A stretch of 64,000 nucleotides of DNA from the human T2T-CHM13v2.0 reference genome, Homo sapiens, in NCBI RefSeq assembly GCF_009914755.1, contig NC_060943.1; one strand, written 5' to 3'. The position numbers were made by a program, and so were the translations under genes. A model generated the notes under the pieces. That model worked only from the letters and a program-made list of their open reading frames with translations, searched no databases and had not been told where the DNA came from. This document shows, one piece after another, positions 1 through 17,550 of the stretch. The first letter of the stretch is position 1; every line of letters begins with the position of its first letter.

Positions 1-176
1 CAACTAACTTTTATATTTTTAGTAGAGATGGACTTTCACCATCTTGCCTAGGCTGGTCTCAAACTCCTGACCTCAAGTGATCTGCCCACCTCACTCTCCC
101 AAAGTGCTGGCATTACAGGCATGACCCACCACATCTGGCCTCATTTTATATTTAAAAATAAAAAATAAGCAAATCA

Positions 177-717
<541 letters not shown>

Positions 718-866
718 TCAATGTGGAACACTCCTTTGCCACCTAGAATAATCAGGAAAGGTGACCCATGCCCTGTGCCTCCTTAACAGACTTTCAGGTA
801 CTTGGGAATTTGAAACAAATCTCCTTGATGCACAAAGTAACCTTTTCTTCCCCCATTGTACCCCAG

Positions 867-1005
867 GTTGAAAATCGATGACTTTAATGATGAACTCAAT
901 AAGCTGCTGGAAGAAATAGAAGAAAAAAACCCACAACTGATTATTGATACTGAGAAACATCATCCCTGGGCAGAAAGGCCTTCTTCTCATGACTTCATGA
1001 TCTGA
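867..1005 (+). CDS. NLRP2: NLRP2 last coding exon (C-terminus LKIDDFNDELNKLLEEIEEKNPQLIIDTEKHHPWAERPSSHDFMI*)
   Basis: Pyrimidine-rich acceptor ...ccccag|G at 866/867. Frame from 868 reads 45 codons to TGA at 1003-1005. The peptide matches the NLRP2 C-terminus as I recall it. Confidence 0.93.
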
Positions 1006-1221
1006 ATCCCCCCGAGTCATTCATTCTCCATGAAGTCATCGATTTTCCAGGTGTTGGTGAACTGCCTGTGACTCCTCTCCTCCCCGGCCCCTACCCCTCA
1101 GGGATAATGAGTTCATTGCTGGGCTAGATGTTTTAGCCATGATTCTGCCTCTGTTTTATACCTGCACACATCCTTATCTTTGTTACATATGAAATATCTG
1201 TATCACGGGTATATTGAGAGA

Positions 1222-1227
1222 AATAAA
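1222..1227 (+). terminator. NLRP2: NLRP2 polyadenylation signal AATAAA
   Basis: First AATAAA after the stop codon, about 215 nt downstream. Confidence 0.8.
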
Positions 1228-1389
1228 GGTGAGAGCATTCACAAATGAAGCTGTTACTTAATAATGGGCTTTGACAAGTTAGAGAAAAGATATCTTACTG
1301 GGTAGAACCTGGGGGGTGGGGGAAGTGACAGTGTTTAATTGCATTGATTTCTATTGCCTTGTCAATCTTTGCCTTGCCTTGGTATTTCC

Positions 1390-3840
<2,451 letters not shown>

Positions 3841-4899
3841 TCCAGAGCATCTTTATTCTCAGTTTCAGCGGGAAGAAGGGGGAAGGTTGGTAAAAAGAGA
3901 GGCACAAAGTTTAAAAAGGACATTGCGTGAAGAAACTAAAGGTTTCTCCTTCTCCACACTATTGACATTTGGGATCGGATCACTACTCGTTGGGAAACGT
4001 CCTGTACATTTCCAGGGTGTTCGGCACCATCCCTAGCCTCTACCCCCTAGATACCAGCTCACATCCTCACAGTTAACAGTGATCAAAAATGTCTCTGGGC
4101 AGTAGAAAATATTTCCTGAAATGCAAAGTTTTCTTAGGTTGAGAACCATTGTAATCTAGCCCCATCTTTAGAGAAGAAATTGAGTAACGGATCTACATCC
4201 ATTGAGGAACTATCGACACCCCAGGGGCCCATGAAATGTAAACTCGCACTCACAATTAACCATCTTTCTCCAACGTGTGTATTTCATGTAGCCACACTCT
4301 CAGATGCCCACCCCCATGACCTACAAGTCCTAAACAGGGAAACCTGTGGCACATGGGTTCATGTGTGTCTGAATCTATACGTTCAGAGATGAACAAGTAC
4401 TGCTCTCCCTATACCTGTGACCACTCGCCTCCGCCCATCACTGAATTCTGAAAATGTGGCCTCAGGCTCACAGCAGCATTAGCACTTGCTTGCTCTGGAT
4501 CTCATCACATTGATGATCAAGAACAAAGTATTCACTGGGTTCTCTGCTAAGGATACAAAAAAAACCATTCCACAATTCCACGGCCATGTTTGCACCCAGG
4601 AACCACGAGGGCTGGGTTAGCCCAGATGGTGGGCTTGGGAAATGTTCCTGGAGCAAAAAAAAGAGCCAGAAGTCATGAGAGCCTGACCCCCTCCCCCAAC
4701 GCGCACACACACACACCACTCTCTACCTCCAAGCCTCATTTTCAGGCTTCTCAAAGCTAAGGTCACTCCCATGAGCTAAGCCGCGCTTTTCTCAATCCTC
4801 AGCTCTTCCACAAGAATAGGAAGAACTCTCTCCTGTTCAAGATCCTGTGGCTCAGCTGCAGCTCTGGAAGAAAGACCCCGGTGAGGGTCTTGCTTTTCA

Positions 4900-5313
<414 letters not shown>

Positions 5314-5384
5314 TCAGCTACTTGGGAGTCTGAGGCAGGAGAATCACTTGAACCCAGGCGGTGGAGGTTGCAGTGAGCCAAGAT

Positions 5385-6034
5385 TGTAATAGTCCAATGT
5401 GTTCACCTTGCCCACTGCCTAGACAGAGCTGATTCGTCAAGACAGGGAATCGCAATAGAGAATAATTCATGCAGAGCTGGCTCTACGAGAGACCAGAGTT
5501 TTATTATTATTCAAATCAGTGTCTCCCAGCATTCAGGAAGCGTTTTTAAGGATAACTTGGTGGGTGGGTGGGAAGCCAGTGAGCCAGGAGTGCTGTTTGG
5601 TCAGGGATGAAATCGTGGGAGCCAAAGCTATCTTCTTGCACTCAGTTCCTGAGTGGAGGCCAAAAGATAAGATGGGCCAGTTTATTGATATGGGTGGTGC
5701 CAGCTGATCCATCAAGTACAGGGTCTGCAAGTTAAACGCTGATCTTAGAAGCAGTTTAGGGAGGGTCACAATCTTGTAGCCTCCAGCTGCATGACTCCTA
5801 AGTCATAATTTCTAATCTCGTGGCTAATGTTCGTCCTACAGGGCCAATCTAGTCCCCAGGCAACAAAGAGGTGTGCTTTGGAAAAGGGCTATCATCTTTG
5901 TTTAAACTATAAGTTTCTCCCAAAGTTCAGCCTATGCCCAGGAATGAAAAAGGACAGCTTGGAGGTTAGAAGCAAAATGGAGTCAGTTAAATCTCTTTCA
6001 CTGTCTCAGTCATAATTTTGGAAAGGTGGTTTCA
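5385..6034 (-). mobile_element. Solo LTR8-type ERV1 LTR nested inside an Alu
   Basis: Minus strand starts TGAAACCACCTTTCCAAAATTATGACTGAGACAG, as in the recalled LTR8 5' end, and ends in CA. The Alu right arm stops at ...gagccaagat and resumes after 6034. Imperfect 4-bp TSD agat/agct. Confidence 0.75.
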
Positions 6035-6100
6035 AGCTGGCACAACTGCACTCCACCCTAGGAGACAGAGCGAGACCCTGTCAAAAAAAAAAAAAAAAAA

Positions 6101-6345
6101 CAAGAAGTGAAGTCAAGATAGGAGGTAAATTCGGAAGACAGGAAGTGGTGGTAGAAGACAAGAAGTGAAGTCATACAGGAAGTAAAGTCAGAAGACAGGA
6201 AGTGAAGTAAGAAGACAGGAAGTGGTTGTAGAAGACAGGAAGTGAGGTCATACAGGAAGTAAAATCAGAAGACAGGAAGTGACGTCAAACCAGGATTTGC
6301 AGTCGGAGGCAGGCAAGAAGTGAAATCAGAAGACGGGAAGTGGCT
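6101..6345 (+). promoter_or_regulatory. Tandem ETS-motif minisatellite (17-20 bp period) with an ETS-CRE composite
   Basis: GGAAGT starts at 6141, 6178, 6198, 6218, 6238, 6255, 6275 and 6336. TGACGTCA at 6280-6287 overlaps the 6275 site. Confidence 0.65.
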
Positions 6346-6517
6346 GAGGGGAACGTCTTTTCTCTCTCCTGCTCAGCCCGAAGTGAACAGGTAGCATCAG
6401 GTGTGCCATTTCAGTGACTGGGCACAGCCCAGGCACCCACATCTCTCTGCAGCGCCTATTCTTGGAACACCAGAGACCTCTACACTATTTTCTGTTGCTT
6501 TTTTCCTTCATTTTCAG

Positions 6518-6565
6518 AGATGAGATCCTGGATTGAATGACTACTATGGAAAGTGATTGACCAAG
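6518..6565 (+). ncRNA. Candidate 48-nt internal exon of a plus-strand lncRNA antisense to HERV-H and GP6 (probably GP6-AS1)
   Basis: Long polypyrimidine tract ending ttttcag| at 6517 and consensus donor AAG|GTAAGT at 6565/6566. A possible upstream donor CAG|GTAGCA lies at 6390/6391. Confidence 0.55.
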
Positions 6566-6927
6566 GTAAGTCACAACTATCTTGTTCTTTAATTTTGGTG
6601 TTGTTTGTTATGACTTGTTAGCCGTCTAGCACTCATAGCTTTGCATTTCCACTCTGCATTACTTGTATTTTTATTATTTTGTGATATTCGTAATAATTTA
6701 TTATAAAACTGTGTTATTTTTGGATATTTTTAAGTTAAAATGCGATTTTTTAACTAAGTGGCAGTATGCAAAGCAAGTGGTTCAGAACTCTCCCCCATTA
6801 ATAAGTCTTCTCTCCTGAAAGAAACAATTTTGAGACTTCCTGTTCTTAATTCTGTTTAACAGCATACTTCTAAAAGAAAAAGTGTATACTGTTATTATTT
6901 ATTGTGTTACAAAAATATACACGCACC

Positions 6928-7338
6928 TTTCATGCACGTCCGTGTGAAGAGACCACCAAACAGGCTTTGTGTGAGCAATAAAGCTTTTAATCACCTGGGT
7001 GCAGGTGGGCTGAGTCTGACAAGAGAGTCAGCGAAGGGGGATAGGGGTGGGGCCATTTTATAGGATGTGGGTAGGTAAAGGAAAATTACAGTCAAAGGGG
7101 GGTTGTTCTCTGGCGGGCAGAGTCGGGGTCATAAGGTGCTCAGTAGGGGAGCTTTTGAGCCAGGATGAGCCAGGAGAAGGAATTTCACAAGACAATGTCA
7201 TCAGTTAAGGCAGGAACAGGCCATTTTCGCTTCTTTTGTGGTGGAATGTCATCAGTTAAGGCACGAACCGGCCATCTGGATGTGTACGTGCAGGTCACAG
7301 GGGATATGATGGCTTAGCTTGGGCTCAGAGGCCTGACA
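6928..7338 (-). mobile_element. HERV-H 3' LTR (LTR7 family)
   Basis: Preceded on the minus strand by the polypurine tract AAGAAGACAGGAA. Near-identical to 12117-12526. Confidence 0.92.
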
Positions 7339-9149
7339 TTCCTGTCTTCTTATATTAATAAGAAAAATAAAATGAAATAGGGGTAAAGTGTTGGGACAGC
7401 AAAAATTTTTGGGGGTGGTATGGAGAGATAATGGGTGATGTTTCTCAAGGCTGCTTTGAGCAGGATTAGGGGCGGCGTGGGAACCTAAAGTGGGAGCGAT
7501 TAAGCTGAAGGAAGATTTTGTGGTAAGGGGTGACATTGTGGGATTGTTAAAAGAAACATTTGTCATTTAGAATTATTGGTGATGGCCTGGATACAGTTTT
7601 GTATGAATTGAAAAACTAAAGGGAATAAGGAAAGGAGAAAAACAGGTATTAAAGGTCTAAGAATTGGGACGACTCAGGACATCTAATTAGAAAGTGCCTA
7701 AGGAGGTTCAGCATAGCCTTGCCAGCAAAGATTATTTATTTATTTTAAGAGTTAACAGTGGCGGTATGGGGATAGTACCAGGAGATACCAGCTGTGCTGG
7801 CTTGGAGAAACAGTGTAAACTGGCAGTGTAAACAAGAGCAGGGCATGTGTGAGTAGTTGAGAACGGTGAATAGGAGTATGACTAGACAGAAGATAGTAGG
7901 GATGACAAGTTTTTTGGGGCACAATCTAAGTTGGTCTGGTGTCTGGAATGAGACTGGGGCCTAATAAAAAGGAGTGTCTACACAGGAGCTTAAATGGGCT
8001 GTATCTTGTAGCATTCCAAGGACAGGCCTGAATTCTGGAAGCGAAAATGGTAAAAGTATTGTCCAGTCCTTTTTAAGTTGGTGGCTGAGCTTGGTGAGGT
8101 GTGTTTTTAATAGACCATTAGTCTGTCACTGAATACTAAGAGCCTGAAAAAATGCTTGGCTGATTTGACTAATAAAGGCTGGTCTGTTAGCAGACTGTAT
8201 AGAGGTGGGAAGGCTGAACTGAGGAATTTTGTCTGACAGAAGGGAATGACAAGGCTAAACTGAAGAATTATGTCTGACAGAAGGGAAGAAATGACTGCGG
8301 TGGCCTTCTCAGACCCTGTAGGAAAGGACTGTACTTACCCAGTGAAAGTGTCTACCTAGACTAAGAGGTATTTTAGTTATCTTACTCGGGGCATGTTGAG
8401 TAAAGCTAATTTGCCAGTCCTGGGCGGGGGCAAATCCTTGAGCTTGATGTGTAGGGAAGGGAGGGGGCCTGAATAATCCATGAGGAGTAGTAGAATAGCT
8501 GATGCAACACTGAGAAGTGATTTCTTTGAGGATAGATTTCCACAATGGAAAGGAAATGAGAGGTTCTAAGAGGCTGGCTAGTGGCTTGTACCATAGCATA
8601 GCCTGCCTTTGCTGGTGTGTGGCGATTAGGCCTGGTGGAACCGCCATCAATAAACTAAGTGTGATCAGGGTGAGAAACAGGGAAGAAGGAAATGTGGGGA
8701 AATGGGGTGAACGTCAGGTGGATCAGAGAGATGCAGTCATGGGGGTCAGGTGTGGTATCTGGAATAATGTGGGAGGCCAGATTGAAGTCCGGGCCAGGAA
8801 CAATGGTAATTGTGGGACTTAACAAAGAGTGAGTACAGCTGAAGGAGCCAGGGAGCAGAAAGTATATGCATCAGGTGTGAGTAAGAAAATAGATTTTGGA
8901 AGTTATGAGAGCTGTAGAGAGTGAGTTGAGCATAGTTTGTGATTTTGAGGGCCTCTAAAAGTATTAAAGCAGCGGCAGCCACAGCACGCAGATATGAGGG
9001 CTAGGCTAAAACAGTAAGGTCAAGTTGTTTGGACAGAAAGGCTACAGGGTGTGGTCCTGGCTCTTGTGTAAGAGTTCTGACCGCGCTAACCATGCCTAGG
9101 AAGGAAAGGAGTTGTTGTTTTGTAGAAGGTGCTGGGGCTTGAGAGATCA

Positions 9150-10480
9150 GTCAGACACGATCAGCAGGGAGAGCACGTGTGTTTTTATGAGAATTATGCC
9201 GAGATAGGTAACAGATGAGGATGAACTTTGGGCTTGACTGAAGTAATGGGGGCTGTCTGTGAAACCTTGCAGCAGTACAGCCCAGGTAATTTGCTGAGCC
9301 TAATGGGTGTCAGGGTCAGTCCAAGTGAAAGCGAAGAGAGGCTGGGACGAGGGGTGCAGGGGAATAGTGAAAAAAGCATCTTTAAGATCAAGCATGGAAT
9401 AGTGAGTTGTGGAGGAAGGTATTGAGGACAAAAGAGTGTAGGGGTTGGGCACCACAGGGTGCATAGGCAAAACAATTTGATAAGGCGCAGATCCTGAACT
9501 AATCTGTAAGACTTTTCCGGTTTTTGGACAGGTAAAATGGGGGAATTGTAAGGAGAGTTTATAGGTTTTAGAAGCCCATGCTATAGCAGGCGAGTGATAA
9601 CAGGCTTTAATCCTTTTAAAGTGTGCTGTGGGATGGGATATTGGCATTGAGCAGGGTAAGGGTGATTAGGTTTTAATGGGATGGTAACGGGTATGTGATC
9701 AGTTGCAAGGGAAGGAGTAGAGATGTCCCATACTTGTGGGTTAAGGTGGGGGAATAGGAGAGGAAGACGCGAAGGAGGCTTTGGGTTGAGGAGAAGGGTG
9801 GCAATGAGATGCAGGTGTAATCCAGGAATAGTCAGGGAAGCAGATAATTTGGTTAAAATATCTCGGCCTAATAAGGGAACTGGGCAGGTGGGGATAACTA
9901 AAAAAGAGTGCATAAAAGAGTGTTGTCCAAGTTGGCACCAGAGTGGGGGAGTTTTCAGGGGTTTAGAAGCCTGGCCGTCAATACCCACAACAGTTATGGA
10001 GGCAAGAGAAACAGGCCCTTGAAAAGAAGGTAATGTGGAGTGGGTAGCCTCCGTATTGACTAAGGCGACGGACTTACCTTCCACCGTGAGTGTTACCCGA
10101 AGCTCGGCATCCGTGATGGTCTACAGAGCTTCCGAGGCGATTGGGCAGCATCAGTCTTCAGCCGCTAAGCCGAGAAGGAGTCAGAGAGCCTTGGGCCAGA
10201 GTTCCAGGGGCTCTGGGAGTGGCTGCCAGGTGAGTTGAACAGTCCGATTTCCAGTGGGGTCCCGCACAGATGGGACACGGCTTAGGAGGAATCCTGGGCT
10301 GCAGGCATTCCTTGGCCTGGTGGTCAGATTTCTGGCACTTGTAGCAAGCTCCTGGGGGAGGAGGTTCTGGAGGAACGCCTGGCCGCTGCGGTTCAGGCGT
10401 TTGGAGTTCTTGTGTGCTGGAGATGTGGCTGGGGTTTGTCTCACAGTGGAGGCAAGGAATTGCAACTTTTTTCTATTATT
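9150..10480 (-). pseudogene. Disrupted HERV-H gag nucleocapsid, protease and RT remnants
   Basis: Two CCHC knuckles CYKCQKSDHQAKEC and CPICAGPHWKSDC near 10240-10345. Protease-like ORF 9581..10084 has NTEAT in place of the catalytic DTGA. RT motif [12 protein letters not shown] lies in ORF 9300..9647. Frames are broken. Confidence 0.85.
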
Positions 10481-12096
10481 GTACACCTTGAAGGCGAGGT
10501 TAATTAAATCCTGTTGTGGGGTTTGAGGGCCGGAATTTAATTTTTGGAGTTTTATTTAATGTCGGGAGCAGATTGGGTAATAAAATGTGTATTAAGAATA
10601 AGACGGCCTTTTGACTTTTAAGGGTCTAGGGCTGTAAAGCTTCTCAGGGTTGCTGGCGAACGAGCCATGAATTGGGCTGGATTTTTATATTTGATGAAAA
10701 AGAGCCTAAACACTATCTGATTTGGGATAAAGAAAAAGGAGCATTAACCTTGACTATGCCTTTAGCTCCAGCCACCTTTCTAAGAGTAAATTGCTGGGCA
10801 GGTGGAAGAGGGCTAGTCACTGAACGAAACTGTAAGCTGGACCAGGTGTGGGGAGGGGAGGTGATAAAAAGATAATACGGTGGAGGAGCGGAGGCTGAGG
10901 AAGAATTGGGACCTAGCTCAGCCTGGGGAGGAGGGAGAGGTCAGACGGGTCTGTAGAAAAGGAAGATTAGAAAGACTCAGCGACGCTTGGGGTTGAGACT
11001 GAGGGGACAGGCAGGAGGGAAAGAAGGAAGATTTGGGACGAGTTGCACTGGGCACAGAGACTAGGAAGGGACTGATGTGTAAAAGAATGCCTGGACGTCA
11101 GGCACCTCAGACCGTTTGCCCATTTTACGACAAGAATTATTTAGATCTTGCAGGATGGAAAAATTGAAAGTGCTGTTTTCTGGCTATTTGGAACTGCTGT
11201 CCAGTTTGTATTGGGGTCAAGCGGCATTGCAGAAGAAAATAAGGCATTTAGGTTTTAGGTCAGGTGTGAGTTGAAGAGGTTTTAAGTTTTTGAGAACACA
11301 GGCCAAGGGAGAGAAGGAGGAATGGAGGGTGGAAGGTTGCCCATAGTGAAGGAGGCAAGCCTAGAGAAAAGAGAGAGTAGAGACACAGAGGGAAGGGGTT
11401 CGGGAGTTCTTACCTTCCAGAAAAGCGGGAAAGGGGTTGGGGCATGGATATAAGGGGTTGGGGCACAGAGATAAGAGGTTGGGGCATGGAAATAAGGGAT
11501 CAGGGTGCAGAGATACGAGGTTGGGGTACTTGCCCCTCTAGAAAAGCGGGACTTGCCGCTAAGAATGAAGGAGAAGGGGTTGGGGGTTTCTTGCCCCCCA
11601 GAAAGGTGGAGAAGGGGTAGAGACATGGAGAGGAGGGGTTGGGGAACTTGCCCCTTCCCCAGAAAAGTGGGACTTGCCACTAAGGGTGAAGGACCAAGGC
11701 AGGCATCCCTGCGTGATCTGACACCTCTGAAGCATGGGTATATAATCAGAGAGGCGTCCCTGCAATGATTAAACGCCAAGGGAAGGCTGCCTTCCCTAGT
11801 CCGTGACCGGCGCCGGAGTTTTGGGTCCACAGATAAAACGTGTCTCCTTTGTCTCTACCAGAAAATGAAAGGAATTGAAATTAAGAGAAGGGAGAGATTG
11901 AAGAGTGGAAAGGAGAAAGTGGTTGAGGGACAGTGAGAGAGGTTGGAGAAGAGAGTAAGAAGAGGTCGCTTACCCAATTTAAACTTGGTGAGATGTTCCT
12001 TGGGCTGGTGGGTCTGAGGACCTGAGGTCGTAGGTGGATCTTTTTCACAGAGCAAAGAGCAAGACAGGGGATTGATCTCCCAAGGGAGGTCCCCCG

Positions 12097-12114
12097 ATCC
12101 AAGTCACGGCACCA
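12097..12114 (-). other. tRNA-His primer-binding site of HERV-H
   Basis: Minus strand TGGTGCCGTGACTTGGAT just after the 5' LTR, one mismatch to the 3' end of tRNA-His (TGGTGCCGTGACTCGGAT). Confidence 0.9.
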
Positions 12115-12116
12115 AA

Positions 12117-12526
12117 TTTCATGTGCGTCCATGTGAAGAGACCACCAAACAGGCTTTGTGTGAGCAATAAAGCTTTTAATCACCTGGGTGCAGGTGGGCT
12201 GAGTCCGACAAGAGAGTCAGCGAAGGGGGATGGGGTGGGGCCGTTTTATAGGATTTGGGTAGGTAAAGGAAAATTACAGTCAAAGCGGGGTTGTTCTCTG
12301 GCGGGCAGAGTGGGGGTCACAAGGTGCTCTGTAGGGGAGCTTTTGAGCCAGGATGAGCCAGGAGAAGGAATTTCACAAGACAATGTCATCAGTTAAGGCA
12401 GTAACAGGCCATTTTCACTTCTTTTGTGGTGGAATGTCATCAGTTAAGGCAGAAACCAGCCATATGGATGTGTACGTGCAGGTCACAGGGGATATGATGG
12501 CTTAGCTTGGGCTCAGAGGCCTGACA
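12117..12526 (-). mobile_element. HERV-H 5' LTR (LTR7 family)
   Basis: Followed by the PBS and a GGTAAGC major splice donor near 11968-11974. Confidence 0.92.
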
Positions 12527-13352
12527 GCACCTACCTAAAAAATTCCAATAGCACTAAAAGGGTGTGTACAAAATGCAGTGGCTGACTAACCATCTCCTCC
12601 ATTGCTCCGCCTAAGAGACACCCACTTTTAGCTGTTTTCTTTAGGAACTTGTTAATATTAGGTTTCTAAAAACATGTAACCATGTGAATGAGCTTAGACT
12701 TACTGGATTCCTATCATAATAGGCGGGGCCTTAGTTATTCTACAGCGTTGTTCTTACTGTTTTTTCTCTTCCAATGTTTATCTCTATGTCTGCATATCAA
12801 CATTCAGTATCACATTTTTTTTTTTTGAGACAGAGTCTCACTCTGTCACCCAGGCTGGAGTGCAGTGGCGCAATCTCAGCTCACTGCAGCCTCAGTCTCC
12901 TGAGTAGCTGGGACTACAGGCGTGTGCCACCACGACTGGCTAATTTTTGTATTTTTAGTAGAGACAGGGTTTCACCATGTTGGCTGAGCTGGTCTCGATC
13001 TCCTGACCTCGTGATCTGCCCACCTCAGCCTCCCGAAGTGCTGGGATTACAGGCATGAGCCACCACGCCCGGCCAGTATCACATGTTTATACCCACAGAT
13101 ATTCGCAGCCGAGAATTTTCGGGTAATATAACTTGCTTCTTTTATTTTTGTTGTTGTTATTGTTCCCCTAAAGTTTACATTTGTTTTTTATTTTTATTTT
13201 CTTTTGAGGCAGGGTCTCACTCTGTCACCCAGGTTTGAGAGCAGTGGTGCAATCATGGCTCACTGCAGCCTCAACCTCCCCGGGCTCAGGTGATCCCCAA
13301 CCTCAGCCTCCTGAGTACCTGAGAGTAGGCATGTGGTACCACACCCAGCTAA

Positions 13353-13481
<129 letters not shown>

Positions 13482-13829
13482 TAGGCTATACTGGTCTTTT
13501 TAAAATCTACTTAGTTTACTTGACCTCTAAAATTATTTTTCCTCTGTTTTCTGATAGCATCTCAGTATGATTTTCCACTATGTTAAGACGAGGAATTGAC
13601 CCATTCTTACATTTGGAGGCTTCTCTAAGCAACTTTCCCGTTCCCCCTTCACCCAAGCTGTGTGCTCACTAGCCCTGATTCACAGCCGTCGTCCTGGAAC
13701 TTCTTGGTGCCATCCTTCTGTCTTTTCCCAAGTGACTCACCTCCCTCAACCTCCCACAGTGCCGGGATTACAGGCATGAGCCACTGTGGCCAGCCATTCT
13801 TTTCCTTTTTTAAAACAATTTTTATCTTC

Positions 13830-13835
13830 TTTATT
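13830..13835 (-). terminator. GP6: Probable GP6 polyadenylation signal AATAAA
   Basis: TTTATT on the plus strand about 1.2 kb past the stop codon. It sits in an Alu-tail context, so the assignment is uncertain. Confidence 0.45.
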
Positions 13836-14184
13836 TTAAGTAGAGATGGGGTCTCACTATGTTGCCCAGGCTGGTCTTGAACTCCTGGGCTCAAGCGATC
13901 CTCCTGCCTTGGCCTCCCACAGTGCTAGGATTACAGACATGATCCACTGCACTTGGCCCAGTGGTACAGTTTTACACTCATTAGATGGTCAAGAAATGCC
14001 TAAACGCTATAATAAATATAGAACTTTACCTTGAGAAGACCTAACATTTCCTTCAGAAAGTAAATATGAGAGGGGTGGAGACGGTGCATTATCTTATTTT
14101 TATGATTTTAAAAATGTATACATAATTGTACATATTTATGGGGTGGACAGCAATATTGCAGTACATGTATACAACGTGCTATGA

Positions 14185-15268
<1,084 letters not shown>

Positions 15269-15780
15269 CTGGAGGAATGAGGAGAGGCAGGAGCAGGTGA
15301 AAGAGCCCACCTCCAGGACCCCCTCCAAGCCACATCTGGGCTTCTCAGAGATCCTATTATTCTCTACTAGCTAGGGGATGCCGCTCACTTTCCTGGAGGG
15401 TCCCTCCCTTCCCGAGTAGGGGTCAGGGCCAGATGACCCCAATTCTCTAAGTAGCACCTCTCCCTCCTGTGCTCTCACAGGGCTCTGAGACAACTCCTCC
15501 CCAGACACAGATGCTGCCTCGTTATCTGATGCATTGCAAAAGAGAGGACAGTTATAAGGGGTGGGGAAGAGATGGAATCTCTCTTTCTCTGACCCTTTTT
15601 AAAATCTCAACCTTCCCACCTGATCTTAATGCCCAATTCTGAACCCCATACGCTGATATTCTGCCTTTACTCTACACACTGGAACCCAAGATCTGAGAGC
15701 TGCAGCCCCTGCGTAGACAAAGGAGTTGGCTTTGGTGAAGAGACGGGTGAGAAGGAAGGGGGTCTGGAGAGGATGACTTA

Positions 15781-16092
<312 letters not shown>

Positions 16093-16430
16093 TTAGCCAG
16101 GCGTGGTGGCACGTGCCAGTAATCCCAGCTACTCAGTGGAGGCTGAGGCAGGAAGATCACCTGAGCCCTGGGAGGTTGAGGCTGCAGTGAGCCAGGATTG
16201 TACCACTGCACTCTAGCCTGGGAAACAGAGCGAGACACTGTCCAAAAAAAAAAAAGCAAGAACTGTAGAGTCAGGCTGTCCTCCAGATTTGAACCCCAAC
16301 TCTATCACCTATTAGATGTCAGTTATCTGGCAAGTGACTCAGCATCTGTGAGCCAGTTCCCCATGTGTCCAATAAAATTAACAAGATCCCTTATAGGTTG
16401 ATGTGAAAGTCAAGATAATAATAATGGTAG

Positions 16431-16712
<282 letters not shown>

Positions 16713-17166
16713 TGATCCGCCCGCCTAGGCCTCCCAAAGTGCTGGGATTACAGGCGTGAGCCACTGCACCCGGCCTCCAGCTCTCTTATTCCTCAAGTAT
16801 CTCCTGAGACTCGCCAGGTACTCAGCCATGTGCTGGGCCATGGGAACCCAAATATTAATAAGACATTGTCAGGCCAGGCATGACACTGGCTGAATGCCTG
16901 TAATCCCAGCACTTTGGGAGGCCAAGGTGGGCGGATCACGTGAGGTCAAGAGATCGAGACCATCCTGGCCAACATGGTGAAACCCCGTCTTTACTAAAAA
17001 TACAAAAAATAGCTGGGCATGGTGGCACACACCTGTAGTCCCAGCTACTCAGGAGCCGGAGATTGCAGTGAGCTGAGATCGCAGAGTGAGCCGAAATCAC
17101 AGATCACAGAGTGAGGAGAGTGAGACGCCGTCTCAAAAACAACAACAAAAAACAAAAAAACCGTAA

Positions 17167-17550
<384 letters not shown>

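Larger units (their letters stand above)
6928..12526 (-). mobile_element. HERV-H provirus, 5.6 kb internally deleted type, with two LTR7-family LTRs
   Basis: Two LTRs of about 410 bp starting TGTCAGGCCTCTGAGCCCAAGC on the minus strand. TSD GCACC at 6923-6927 and 12527-12531. tRNA-His PBS, polypurine tract and gag/pro/pol remnants are all present. Confidence 0.95.

Noticed and set aside
9194-10486. Functional retroviral protease or RT
   Set aside because: The catalytic Asp is replaced (NTEAT), frames are broken and pol is internally deleted, as is usual for non-autonomous HERV-H.
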